NCBI GenBank assembly: GCA_005887735.1
Contig: VBII01000094.1
Coordinates: 1-39,919, forward strand
DNA from: Chloroflexota bacterium
Lineage (GTDB): Bacteria; Chloroflexota; Dormibacteria; Dormibacterales; Dormibacteraceae
Reading direction: 5' to 3'
Length of the DNA stretch: 39,919 nt
Part shown: positions 31,722 to 39,919 of the stretch, in pieces
Numbering within the stretch: the first letter of the stretch is position 1
How the letters are laid out: every line of letters starts with the position of its first letter
The notes under the pieces: generated by a model
Told to the model about the DNA's origin: nothing
Seen by the model: only the letters and a program-made list of their open reading frames with translations
Databases searched by the model: none
Made by a program: the position numbers and the translations under genes

Positions 31722-32696
31722 ATCTTTCTCAGCTCGCCCCTTGATCTCCTGAAGCCGATCCACGACGCGTGGTGGGCCATCTTCGGCCTCACGCTGCAGA
31801 CCGCGCTGTCGTTCATCTACAGCCACCTGTCCGGGATCAGCATCATCGCGACGATCGGCGCTTATGGGGTCGCGATCATCGTCCTCACCATCGCCATCCG
31901 TCTGCTCCTGGCGCCGCTGCAGCAGTTCCAGCTGGTCAGGCAGCGCAAGGCGATGGTGGAGCAGCGCAAGCTCGCGCCCCAGCTGGCCGACCTGACCAAG
32001 AAGTACAAGAAAGACCCACAGCGGCTCAATACCGAGCGCATGAAGCTGTACCAGGAGCACGGCGTGAATCCGCTGGGCCAGTTCGTGGGCTGCCTGCCGA
32101 TGGTGGTCCAGATGCCGGTGCTGATCGCCCTCTACTACGTGTTCACCGGTTTCGCGCGCAGCCACGACGTGATCGCGCACTTTCTCTTCATCCCGAACCT
32201 GAACGACAACCCCAACCACCACCTGCTGATCGCGGGGCTTCCCTACATTCCGGCGCCGGCCTACCTGGTTTTCCCCCTGCTGGCCGCGCTCACGACTTTC
32301 ATCCAGTCGAAGATGCTGCAGATGCCGCCCTCGGCCAGCCCGACGGATCAAGAGCAGCAGCAGCAGCAGATGCAGCGAACCATGGTCCTCATCTCGCCGC
32401 TCATGATCGGCTGGTTCGCGCTCAACGTCCCCGCCGGCCTGGGCCTCTACTGGCTTGTCGGGAACTGCGTAAGTATCATTCAGCAGAGCTTCGTGGTCGG
32501 GTGGGGCCAGCTCTGGCCGTCGCGCGCCAAACCAATCGCGGGAGCAGCGCCGCTGCTGCCCAACAAGAGCCCCACCGCAATTCAAAAGTCAGCCGCTCAG
32601 AAGAACGGACCGGCTCCGAGCGGGACCAACTTGAACAAATCGAAAAAGCCCAAGAACCGGGCTTCCAAGCAAGGCAAGGGGGGTGAACGTACGTGA
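31722..32696 (+). CDS. yidC: membrane protein insertase YidC (short type), apparent ATC start
   Basis: The frame is open from 31707. It encodes TM1 'ISIIATIGAYGVAIIVLTIAIRLLLAPLQQFQ' upstream of the first ATG (31953). Later motifs are 'MKLYQEHGVNPLGQFVGCLPMVVQMPVLIALY' and 'PAGLGLYWLVGN'. AGGAG at 31709-31713 lies 8 nt before ATC 31722. Confidence 0.8.
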   Translation: MFLSSPLDLLKPIHDAWWAIFGLTLQTALSFIYSHLSGISIIATIGAYGVAIIVLTIAIRLLLAPLQQFQLVRQRKAMVEQRKLAPQLADLTKKYKKDPQRLNTERMKLYQEHGVNPLGQFVGCLPMVVQMPVLIALYYVFTGFARSHDVIAHFLFIPNLNDNPNHHLLIAGLPYIPAPAYLVFPLLAALTTFIQSKMLQMPPSASPTDQEQQQQQMQRTMVLISPLMIGWFALNVPAGLGLYWLVGNCVSIIQQSFVVGWGQLWPSRAKPIAGAAPLLPNKSPTAIQKSAAQKNGPAPSGTNLNKSKKPKNRASKQGKGGERT

Positions 32697-33340
32697 AGTC
32701 CGCTGAAGGCCGCGGCCGAACACTGGACGAGGCGGTCGACGCCGCGCTGATCGAGCTGCAGGAGAGCCGCCGCCACGTGGACGTGAAGATCCTCATCGAG
32801 ACGCCGGAGGAGACGGTGGTCGAGGTCACCGTGATGGACCAGACAGCGCCTTCGATGGGCGTCGCGCCCGCGCCGGCCAACGGCAAGGCTGAGCTGGCCA
32901 AGAACCTGGTCGAAGGATTGCTGAAGCACATGGGCGTGCGGGCGCAGGTCAGCGTGCGGACCGGCGCCGACCCGATCACGCTCGACATCAGCGGCCGCGA
33001 TCTCGGTGGCCTGATCGGCTGGCGCGGCGAGACCCTTCGCGCGCTGCAGTCGGTGACGAATGTCATGGTCGGAAAGCACCTCGCCGAGGGCGAGCGCGTG
33101 ATCGTCGACGTCGAGCGCTATAGGCAGCGGCGGGAGCACACGGTGCGCGAGATCGCGATGCGGGCTGCGCGCCAGGTCAAGATGACAGGCGATGCGATCA
33201 CGCTCGACGCGATGCAGCCGTTCGAGCGACGGGCCATCCACCTCGCCCTCGAAGGTGACCCGGATGTGACGAGCTCCAGCATTGGCGAGGAGCCGGAACG
33301 GCGGGTCGTCGTCGGCCCGCGCAAGCCAGGTGGAGAGTAA
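32693..33340 (+). CDS. jag: Jag/KhpB RNA-binding protein (Jag_N, KH, R3H)
   Basis: 'GRTLDEAVDAALIEL', the KH segment 'LIGWRGETLRALQ' and the R3H segment 'MQPFERRAIHLAL', in the position after yidC. The GTG start overlaps the yidC stop. Confidence 0.85.
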   Translation: MKSAEGRGRTLDEAVDAALIELQESRRHVDVKILIETPEETVVEVTVMDQTAPSMGVAPAPANGKAELAKNLVEGLLKHMGVRAQVSVRTGADPITLDISGRDLGGLIGWRGETLRALQSVTNVMVGKHLAEGERVIVDVERYRQRREHTVREIAMRAARQVKMTGDAITLDAMQPFERRAIHLALEGDPDVTSSSIGEEPERRVVVGPRKPGGE

Positions 33341-33596
33341 CGGAGGTTCGACTTCCCGCCGGGCCTCCGCGGAGCGGATCCGCAAGGCGATCGCGCTGGT
33401 CAACTCGGTCGCGGACGAGGCCGGTGACGAGGAGATAACTCCGACCGAGATCGCCGAGGCGATTCGCGACTGCCTCGAGCTGAGCGAGGTCGATCTCGTG
33501 CCCAACGTTCGGCGGTACCTGGGCGAGGCGCTGGACGCGGTCTCCGACGGCATGCCGGCAGACTTCGTGGCCATGACCCTGTACGCGGCGCAGTCC

Positions 33597-34868
33597 ATGC
33601 CACCCCCTCATCGAGTCCATCGCCTGACCGGGGGAGCACGGATGGTGATCGAGCCCATGCCGGAGCGGCACTCCGCGAGCGTCGTCCTGATGTTTGCCGG
33701 AGGGTCGAGGCTCGAGGACGAGCGACTCGCCGGCGTGTCGCATTTCATCGAGCACCTTTACTTCAAAGGGACCAAGCGGCGGCCCTCGTCGAAAGAGATC
33801 GCCGACGCCATCGAGGGCGTGGGCGGCTTCATCAACGCGTCCACCGACAAGGAGCTGACCGCATACTGGGCGCGCGTACCGTCGGAGCACATGGAGCTTG
33901 GGCTGGACGTCCTTTTCGACATCGTCGCCAACTCCCGGCTCGACCCCGCGGACGTCGAGCGCGAACGGATGGTGATCCTCGAAGAGCTGCGGATGTACCA
34001 GGACCAGCCGCAGGATTACGTTCAAAACCTCTTCGAGGAGCTGATCTGGCCCGACCATCCGCTCAGGCGCGACATCGCGGGCACCCAGGAGTCGGTTTCG
34101 CGGTTGAATCGCGAAGACATCCTCGAGTACGCGGACGCGCACTACAGGCTGCCCAACCTGGTCATCGGAGCGGCGGGATCACTGGATGAAGGCAAGACGC
34201 TTGTCGAGGTCAGGCGCGGCCTCTCGCTGCGGCCCGGTCTGGATGGCGCACTGTCTGCGCCATCGCCCGCCCCGCTGACAAGGCCGCGCGTCCTGGTCCG
34301 CCGGCGCGAGACGGAGCAGGCGCACATCTGCCTCGGCGCGCGCGCTCTCAGTTACCTGCACCCGGACCGCCACGCGCTCGACATTCTCAACACAGTGCTT
34401 GGCGAGGGCATGAGCTCGCGTCTCTTCTTGAACATTCGGGAACGTCTTGGTCTCGCCTACGACGTGCACAGCTTCACGCAGAAGCACCGCGACACGGGAT
34501 ACATCGGCGTGTATATCGGAGTCGACCCGAAGAAGGCGGTCGATGCCGTGAACGCGGTGATGGGAGAGCTGCGGAGCCTCAGCGAGAGCGAGGTCGCGCC
34601 CGAGGAGCTGGCGCGGGCCAAAGAGTTCACCAAAGGACGCCTCCGGCTCGAGCTCGAGACCACCAACGGCGTGGCCTTCTGGCTCACCTACCAGGAGCTG
34701 CTCCTCGGCGGGATCAAGACGATCGAGGAGGAGCTCGCGCTGGTCGACGCCGTGACCAGCTCCGACGTCAAGCGCGTCGCAGACGATGTCCTGAACGCTC
34801 CGCTTCAGATGGCGGTGATCGGACCGTTCGCGCGCGACAGCGCATTTCGGCTCGCGATCGGAGCCTGA
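33597..34868 (+). CDS. M16-family (pitrilysin/insulinase-like) zinc peptidase
   Basis: Inverted zinc motif 'HFIEHLYFKGT', 'ERERMVILEE', and length about 423 aa from ATG 33597. The same frame is open back to GTG 33330, which would add an acidic ~89-aa N-terminal extension. Confidence 0.8.
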   Translation: MPPPHRVHRLTGGARMVIEPMPERHSASVVLMFAGGSRLEDERLAGVSHFIEHLYFKGTKRRPSSKEIADAIEGVGGFINASTDKELTAYWARVPSEHMELGLDVLFDIVANSRLDPADVERERMVILEELRMYQDQPQDYVQNLFEELIWPDHPLRRDIAGTQESVSRLNREDILEYADAHYRLPNLVIGAAGSLDEGKTLVEVRRGLSLRPGLDGALSAPSPAPLTRPRVLVRRRETEQAHICLGARALSYLHPDRHALDILNTVLGEGMSSRLFLNIRERLGLAYDVHSFTQKHRDTGYIGVYIGVDPKKAVDAVNAVMGELRSLSESEVAPEELARAKEFTKGRLRLELETTNGVAFWLTYQELLLGGIKTIEEELALVDAVTSSDVKRVADDVLNAPLQMAVIGPFARDSAFRLAIGA

Positions 34869-34872
34869 GCCG

Positions 34873-35529
34873 CTAGGTTCCCGCGAGCGCCGGCTTTGTC
34901 GGAAGCACGCCAACTGAGATGGAACCGCTCTCCAGCGCCGGCATCTCCGCGTAGATGTTGCCGAAATGATCGAGCGGCCAGATCCGGAACCATGCCTTGC
35001 CGTCGATGCGGTCGCGGCTGATCGTTCCGAAGAAGCGTGAATCCTGCGAGCGATTGCGGTTGTCGCCCATGACGAAGTACTCGTTCGCGGGTATGACTGC
35101 GCCGTTGTCCAGGCTCCAGGGAGGCGGATTGGCGTCCTGGGTCCACGCTTCAGGCAGGTAAGGCTCGTCCAGCCTGTGCCCGTTGATGTAGACGACTCCG
35201 TCGCGAATGAAGAGCTTCTCGCCCGGCAAAGCGATGACGCGCTTGATGAAGTCCGTCGAGTTGCTCGCCGGGGGCCTCAGGATGATGATGTCGCCACGCT
35301 GCGGCGCATGCAACCGGTAATCGATCTTGTTCGCGATGAGGTAATCGTTGTTGTCGAGCGTCGCGAACATCGAAAGCCCTTCGACGTGAACCGCCTGAAC
35401 CGCAAAGCTGATCCCGATGTAGAGGATGACGGCGAGGACGAGGACCTCGGCGAGCTCACGCAGCAGCGATGACACGGCGGAGCGTTCGCTCGAGGCGGCG
35501 GCAGTGGCTGGTTGGTTTTGGGCCGCCAT
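34873..35529 (-). CDS. lepB: signal peptidase I
   Basis: 'GLSMFATL' (catalytic Ser box), 'RGDIIILR', 'FIKRVIALPGE' and 'VMGDNRNRSQDSR', with one N-terminal TM segment. Confidence 0.9.
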   Translation of the reverse strand: MAAQNQPATAAASSERSAVSSLLRELAEVLVLAVILYIGISFAVQAVHVEGLSMFATLDNNDYLIANKIDYRLHAPQRGDIIILRPPASNSTDFIKRVIALPGEKLFIRDGVVYINGHRLDEPYLPEAWTQDANPPPWSLDNGAVIPANEYFVMGDNRNRSQDSRFFGTISRDRIDGKAWFRIWPLDHFGNIYAEMPALESGSISVGVLPTKPALAGT

Positions 35530-35534
35530 GCGTC

Positions 35535-36377
35535 TCAGGAAACGAGCTTAGCGCAGACCCGTTCGAGCTCTTCGCGACTCGAGTAGCGCAGCTCGATCCT
35601 GCCGCGATTGAGACTGCCGCTGATCTTGATCGGCAGACCAAGGCTCGATTCGACGTCGGCCGCAATTGCGCGCAGCTCGGATGATGAATCGGCGTGAGTC
35701 CGCCGGCGGGGGCGGTACGTCCTGACCCAGTTCTCGGTCTGCCGCACCGAGAGATGTCGCGCGACCACGACCTTCAGGCCATGCTCCTGCGCGGGCTGGC
35801 TTTCGAGAGCGATGAGGGCACGCGCATGTCCGGCGGTGATGACCCCTGACCCCACCGCTGACTGCACTGCTGCGCATCCCCCCAGCAGACGGAGCGACTG
35901 GGTTACCGATACACGATGCTTGCCGAGGCGCTGAGCGACGTCCTCGTGCGTGAGGCCGAACTCGTCGATGAGCCGGCGCAGGCCGCGAGCTTCCTCGATC
36001 GGGTCGAGGTCGGTGCGCTGCAGGTTCTCGATCAGGCCGAGGACGAGCTGCTCGTCGTTTCCCGTTTCAGGGCGGACCACCGCCGGCACACTCTCGAGGC
36101 CGGCGAGCCTCGCCGCGCGCCACCGTCGCTCGCCCGCGATCAGCTCATAACCGTCGGCGAGTCGCCTGACGAGAAGCGGTTGCAGCACGCCGTGGAGACG
36201 GATTGATTCCGCCAGCTCGCCCAGCGGCTCGGCATCAAATCGCGATCGCACCTGCTGGCGGGAGGGGCGGATCTGGTCGACCGCGATCATCTGGGGCACC
36301 AGGGCTTCGCCTTCGCTCGACATCGGAATGAGGGCATCGAGTCCGCGTCCGAGTCCGCGCGGTCTTGGTTGGCTCAT
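35535..36377 (-). CDS. parB: chromosome partitioning protein ParB
   Basis: 'GLGRGLDALIP', 'GVLQPLLVR', 'YELIAGERRWRAA' and the HTH 'LTHEDVAQRLGKHRVSVTQSLRLL'. ATG 36377 forms an ATGA overlap with the parA stop. Confidence 0.9.
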   Translation of the reverse strand: MSQPRPRGLGRGLDALIPMSSEGEALVPQMIAVDQIRPSRQQVRSRFDAEPLGELAESIRLHGVLQPLLVRRLADGYELIAGERRWRAARLAGLESVPAVVRPETGNDEQLVLGLIENLQRTDLDPIEEARGLRRLIDEFGLTHEDVAQRLGKHRVSVTQSLRLLGGCAAVQSAVGSGVITAGHARALIALESQPAQEHGLKVVVARHLSVRQTENWVRTYRPRRRTHADSSSELRAIAADVESSLGLPIKISGSLNRGRIELRYSSREELERVCAKLVS

Positions 36378-37189
36378 CGTTCCAGCAGCTCCTTCGCGAG
36401 CGCGCGGTACGCCGCCGCGCCTCGACATGTGGGGTCGTATTCGATCACGGACTTGCCGTGACTGGGGGCTTCACTGAGTCGGACGTTGCGCGGTATCAGC
36501 GTTTCGAGCACATGGTGCGGGTGCGAGCGGCGAACCGCGTTCAGCACGTCCCAGGCGAGCGTTGTCCGCGCGTCAAATTGCGTCATCAAGATGCCGGCGA
36601 TCGCCAGCTTCGGATTGAGGCGAGAACGCACCAGCTGGTGCGTGTACATGAGGTGGCGAAGACCCTCTAGCGCGAAATACTCGCATTGAGTCGGAATCAA
36701 CATGCTCGTGGCCGCGACCAGGGCGTTGAGGGTGAGAAGGCCCAGCGAGGGCGGACAGTCGATGATCAAGATCTCGACCCCGGAGGGGATGGGCGACAGG
36801 GCCTTGCGGAGCAGGTGCTCACGGTCGGCCATCGTCGCCAGCTCGATCTCGGCCCCGGCCAGGTCGATGTTGGCGGGGATCAGCGTCAGGCCCGTCGCGC
36901 CGGTGGGCTGAGCGACCTCCTCGATGCTCGCCTCCCCGATGAGCAGCTGGTAGACGTTCAGCCGCACCCTGGCCGGGTCGAGGCCCAGGCCGGAGGTCGA
37001 GTTGGCCTGGGGGTCCAGGTCGACGAGCAGGGTCGGGTGGCCGACCTCGGCGAACGCGGCGGCCAGGTTGATCGCCGTCGTCGTCTTGCCCACGCCCCCC
37101 TTCTGGTTGACCACCGCCATGACGGGCGGAGTAGTGGTCGCCAATATGTTGGGCCTGGTCTGGCTCGCTGCTTCTACATCTGGGGCCAT
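36374..37189 (-). CDS. parA: chromosome partitioning ATPase ParA/Soj
   Basis: Deviant Walker A 'VVNQKGGVGKTTTAINLA', 'LLVDLDPQ' and 'IIDCPPSLG'. ATG 37189 is preferred to the longer listed ORF. Confidence 0.9.
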   Translation of the reverse strand: MAPDVEAASQTRPNILATTTPPVMAVVNQKGGVGKTTTAINLAAAFAEVGHPTLLVDLDPQANSTSGLGLDPARVRLNVYQLLIGEASIEEVAQPTGATGLTLIPANIDLAGAEIELATMADREHLLRKALSPIPSGVEILIIDCPPSLGLLTLNALVAATSMLIPTQCEYFALEGLRHLMYTHQLVRSRLNPKLAIAGILMTQFDARTTLAWDVLNAVRRSHPHHVLETLIPRNVRLSEAPSHGKSVIEYDPTCRGAAAYRALAKELLER

Positions 37190-37235
37190 TATGCGAAATT
37201 CTAGGTCCGGGTCGAGCGGATGGCCACCCATCCTG

Positions 37236-38228
37236 CTAAGGAGTCCCAGCCGCCGCCGTCCGGCGCCGGCTGGTCCACAGACCATAGGCCGCGGCCGCGA
37301 TCAGCCCCAGCTCGACAAGCATCGCGCCGTAAAGAAGCAGGCCGCCAAGACCGATGCCAGCCAACAGGTTGTAGCCGGCATGGCAGGTAGCCGAGGCGGT
37401 GGTGTTGGTGTACTTGCGGATGAGGCCAAGCCCGATCGCACTCACGAACACAGCGAGCGTCTGGAAAGAGAGCGCGTACTGGGTGTGGATCGAGGTGAAC
37501 AGCAGGGCGGTCACCGCAAGGCCGAGCCGCGGTTGAAGAGCTCCGCGGAAGAGGACTTCTTCACAGATCCCCGGAAGAAGCGCGAGGGCGATGATTCCAG
37601 GGCCGCCGAGCCGGCCGTACAGGTGCTGCGTGGTGACGTCGACGCGCTGAGCGACTCCCGGCGTCAAGTCCTGGCCGAGCCACGACAGCGCGATTGCGAC
37701 CGCGACCAGGACCCCCACCCCCGCGAACGCGAGGGCGATGTGCCACCAGGCTGGGCGCACCAGGCCGAGCCGCGCTGCGGTCTGGCCGGCGTCGCGGCGT
37801 ATGAAGAGTCCGACCCCGGCGACGCCGAAAACCAGGAGAGGGATCTCGTTGGAGACGATGTCGGGGACCGTGACTGAGGGCTGGCCCTGCATCGAGGCGA
37901 GCACATCCGTGAACAGCGTCTGGACGGCCGAAAAACCGAACCCGATGAGCGCAAGCGTCAGCGCGTACGCGTGCACCGGGTGGTCCGGATCGATGGGCAA
38001 GAACGCCGCGACCGTTCGGCGGATCGGCCTGAAGGCGAAGCCGGCAGAGGCAATCCCGATCACGATGATGCCGGCGTCGAACCCCAACCTTGCCTCCAGC
38101 GTCAGATCCCTCGAGACGAGCGGCGCCAGGCCGGTGATGTCGATCACGCCGTAGAGGCAGAAGGCACCGGCGGTCGATCCGCACAGCACCGCCGTCGCCA
38201 GGCCCGCCCATGGCCTGCCGACGGCCAC
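37236..38228 (-). CDS. CPBP-family intramembrane glutamic endopeptidase (CAAX protease-like)
   Basis: Motifs 'EEVLFRGAL', 'FTSIHTQY' and 'HAGYNLL' in a polytopic protein. The start is uncertain. Confidence 0.8.
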   Translation of the reverse strand: MAVGRPWAGLATAVLCGSTAGAFCLYGVIDITGLAPLVSRDLTLEARLGFDAGIIVIGIASAGFAFRPIRRTVAAFLPIDPDHPVHAYALTLALIGFGFSAVQTLFTDVLASMQGQPSVTVPDIVSNEIPLLVFGVAGVGLFIRRDAGQTAARLGLVRPAWWHIALAFAGVGVLVAVAIALSWLGQDLTPGVAQRVDVTTQHLYGRLGGPGIIALALLPGICEEVLFRGALQPRLGLAVTALLFTSIHTQYALSFQTLAVFVSAIGLGLIRKYTNTTASATCHAGYNLLAGIGLGGLLLYGAMLVELGLIAAAAYGLWTSRRRTAAAGTP

Positions 38229-38302
38229 GTTGGCCGTGATGATCAGGGGCAGCAGCGTCAGCAGGAGCGCAGCGGTGACCCAGTCGAGGACGGGGGTTCC
38301 GC

Positions 38303-39118
38303 TCAGTCGGTCGTCGAGCCCTTCTGCGGACGCGGCGCTGCCGGCGCTCCGTCGGAGCTTCGGCCAAGGTCGATCAGCGGCCGGATCAGCTCGATGGGCA
38401 ACGGCAAGATGATCGTCGTGTTCTTCTCGGCGCCGATCTCCACCATCGTCTGGAGGAATCTCAGCTGGAGCGCGCCCTGCTGGGAGGAGATGACCTGCGC
38501 TGCGTTGGCCAGCGTCTGCGAAGCCTGAAACTCGCCGTCCGCATTGATGATCTTCGCGCGCTTTTCGCGCTCCGCCTCGGCTTGTTTTGCCATCGCCCGC
38601 TGCATGGTGCTCGGCAGCTCTACGTCTTTGATCTCGACAGTTGACACCTTGATACCCCAGGGCTCCGTTTGCTCGTCGATGATCTTCTGCAGGTTCTGGT
38701 TGATCCTGTCCCGCTCGGCAAGGAGCTCATCGAGTGTCGACTGACCCAGCACGGCGCGCAGCGTGGTCTGCGCGATCTGGGAAGACGCGTTGATGTAGTT
38801 CAGGACCTGGACCACGGCCTTGCGCGCGTCGACGACCTGGAAGTAAATGACGGCGTTGACCTTGGCGGTCACGTTGTCCTTGCTGATGATCTCCTGCGGT
38901 GGCACCTCGAGCGTGATCACCCGCAGGTCGATCTTGACCAGGCGGTCGACCCCGAACGGGATGATGAAGAAGAGTCCAGGCCCTTTCAGTGCGATGAGGC
39001 GGCCCAGGCGGAAGACCACGCCCCGCTCGTACTCCGCGGCGATGCGCAGGCTGGAGAAGAGGGCGATCAGGGCGACGAAGACGATCACGGCGACGACCAC
39101 GAGCAGCCCGACGTCCAC
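38303..39118 (-). CDS. SPFH/band 7 (stomatin-like) protein
   Basis: 'EYERGVVFRLGRL...KGPGLFFIIPF', 'VITLEVPPQEIISKDN' and 'TLRAVLG...LDELL', with one N-terminal TM segment. GTG 39118 lies 8 nt after AAGGAG and overlaps the NfeD stop (TAGTG). Confidence 0.88.
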   Translation of the reverse strand: MDVGLLVVVAVIVFVALIALFSSLRIAAEYERGVVFRLGRLIALKGPGLFFIIPFGVDRLVKIDLRVITLEVPPQEIISKDNVTAKVNAVIYFQVVDARKAVVQVLNYINASSQIAQTTLRAVLGQSTLDELLAERDRINQNLQKIIDEQTEPWGIKVSTVEIKDVELPSTMQRAMAKQAEAEREKRAKIINADGEFQASQTLANAAQVISSQQGALQLRFLQTMVEIGAEKNTTIILPLPIELIRPLIDLGRSSDGAPAAPRPQKGSTTD

Positions 39119-39919
39119 TATTTCTTCTCCTTGACCTGTCCGTTCTCGGGTGCGACCTGCAGCTGAAGACCCTGGCGGCCGACCACGCGCACCGACGATC
39201 CGGCGGCGATCGGCGCGGCAGCGCTGGCCTTCCACAGCGCGCCTTGGACAAAGACTAGACCCTCGGGAGAAAGCTCCTCGCGCGCCTCGCCGAGGGCTCC
39301 GACGATGCCCTCCGGCCCGGCGAATGCGGGCTGGCGCCGGGCGGCCCAGATCTTGCGAATGAAGAATGTGAAGAACCCGAGCGTCAGGATGGCCGTCACC
39401 ACCGAGACGACGGGATTGACTCCGAGCCCGACCGGCCCGGTGTTGATGAGAAAGGCCATGCCCAGGACCAGGGCGATCGCGCCACCCACGCTGAGAAAGC
39501 CGTGCGTCGGGGCCTTGATGTCGGCGATGAACAGGAGAAACGCCAGGAGCATCAGCAGGCCTCCCGCGATGTTCACCGGAAGGTTGGCCAGCGACACGAC
39601 CGCGAGCACAGCGGCTATGCCCCCGACCACGCCGGGCAGGATGAGGCCGGGGTTGGACAGCTCCGTGATGATCCCGTAGCCGGCGACGAGGATCAGCAGG
39701 GCCGCGATGGTGGGGTCGATGAGCGAGTTGAGGAAAACCTGCCAGAAGGGCATTGGAAAGTCCTCGATCAGCGCGCCTGCCGAATGGATGACGAGGCTCC
39801 CGTTGGTCCGTGGAACCTCGCGGCCGTCGACCTGGTTGAGCAGCGAGGCGGTGTCTGCCGCCTCGAGGTCGGCGACGTGCAGCCTGACCGCGTCCTCGGC
39901 GTTGATGTTGACGCTGTTG
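39118..39919 (-). CDS. NfeD-family membrane protein (long form), N-terminal protease part continues beyond the window
   Basis: Hydrophobic core plus C-terminal OB-like 'GLVFVQGALWKASAAAPIAAGSSVRVVGRQG'. The frame stays open from ATG 39753 to the window edge ('NSVNINAEDAVRLHVADLEAADTASLLNQVDGREV'). Confidence 0.8.
   Translation of the reverse strand, partial: NSVNINAEDAVRLHVADLEAADTASLLNQVDGREVPRTNGSLVIHSAGALIEDFPMPFWQVFLNSLIDPTIAALLILVAGYGIITELSNPGLILPGVVGGIAAVLAVVSLANLPVNIAGGLLMLLAFLLFIADIKAPTHGFLSVGGAIALVLGMAFLINTGPVGLGVNPVVSVVTAILTLGFFTFFIRKIWAARRQPAFAGPEGIVGALGEAREELSPEGLVFVQGALWKASAAAPIAAGSSVRVVGRQGLQLQVAPENGQVKEKK

Noticed and set aside
38229-38302. A hydrophobic in-frame stretch ('LDWVTAALLLTLLPLIITAN') upstream of the CPBP protease start, hinting at a fourth gene lacking a canonical start.
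   Set aside because: Ala/Leu-rich strings arise easily in any frame of GC-rich DNA. The stretch runs into the SPFH gene end and there is no family anchor for it, so the evidence is too weak.
1-39919. I searched for CRISPR repeats, transposase or integrase genes, toxin-antitoxin pairs, restriction-modification or other defence-type genes, and rRNA or tRNA genes.
   Set aside because: None was found. Every sizeable ORF with a recognisable signature belongs to housekeeping, envelope or origin-proximal gene families.

Overview
This is a GC-rich bacterial chromosome segment spanning the replication-origin neighbourhood. Third codon positions are almost uniformly G/C, so long spurious antisense ORFs occur throughout. 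Right half: dnaA is flanked on both sides by DnaA-box clusters. dnaN-recF-DUF721(DciA) and a UvrD/PD-(D/E)XK helicase-nuclease lie on the minus strand, and rpmH-rnpA-yidD-yidC-jag on the plus strand. These are followed by an M16 peptidase, lepB, parB-parA, a CPBP protease and an NfeD-SPFH pair. Left half holds housekeeping and envelope genes: a NifS-like cysteine desulfurase with XdhC, a Hanks kinase, FmdB-lysA, rsmG and a phosphate cluster (phoU, two DUF47 genes, PiT). It also holds a NUDIX hydrolase, thiG-thiS, murE, folP-folK, and an OmpR-type regulator with FemAB-like and histidine-phosphatase genes. It ends with a DUF4388 protein with a TolB-like lipoprotein, two glycosyltransferases and a membrane cytochrome c. 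I found no rRNA, tRNA, CRISPR array, transposase, integrase or phage-type gene. The window reads as core genome, not an accessory island, and I see no convincing new multi-gene system. The most unusual single item is a phoU-linked regulator that fuses a degenerate receiver, an OmpR winged helix and a complete ArsC/LMW-PTP domain. Other points worth a second look: dnaA and murE are each broken by a frame change. XdhC and a ThiE remnant fused to ThiG look internally shortened. YidC, L34 and one DUF47 paralog have ATC where Met1 is expected. One response regulator carries Glu at the phospho-acceptor position. The origin carries six CCTGTGGA boxes. The gene lesions may be sequence or assembly errors and must be checked against reads before any biological interpretation.
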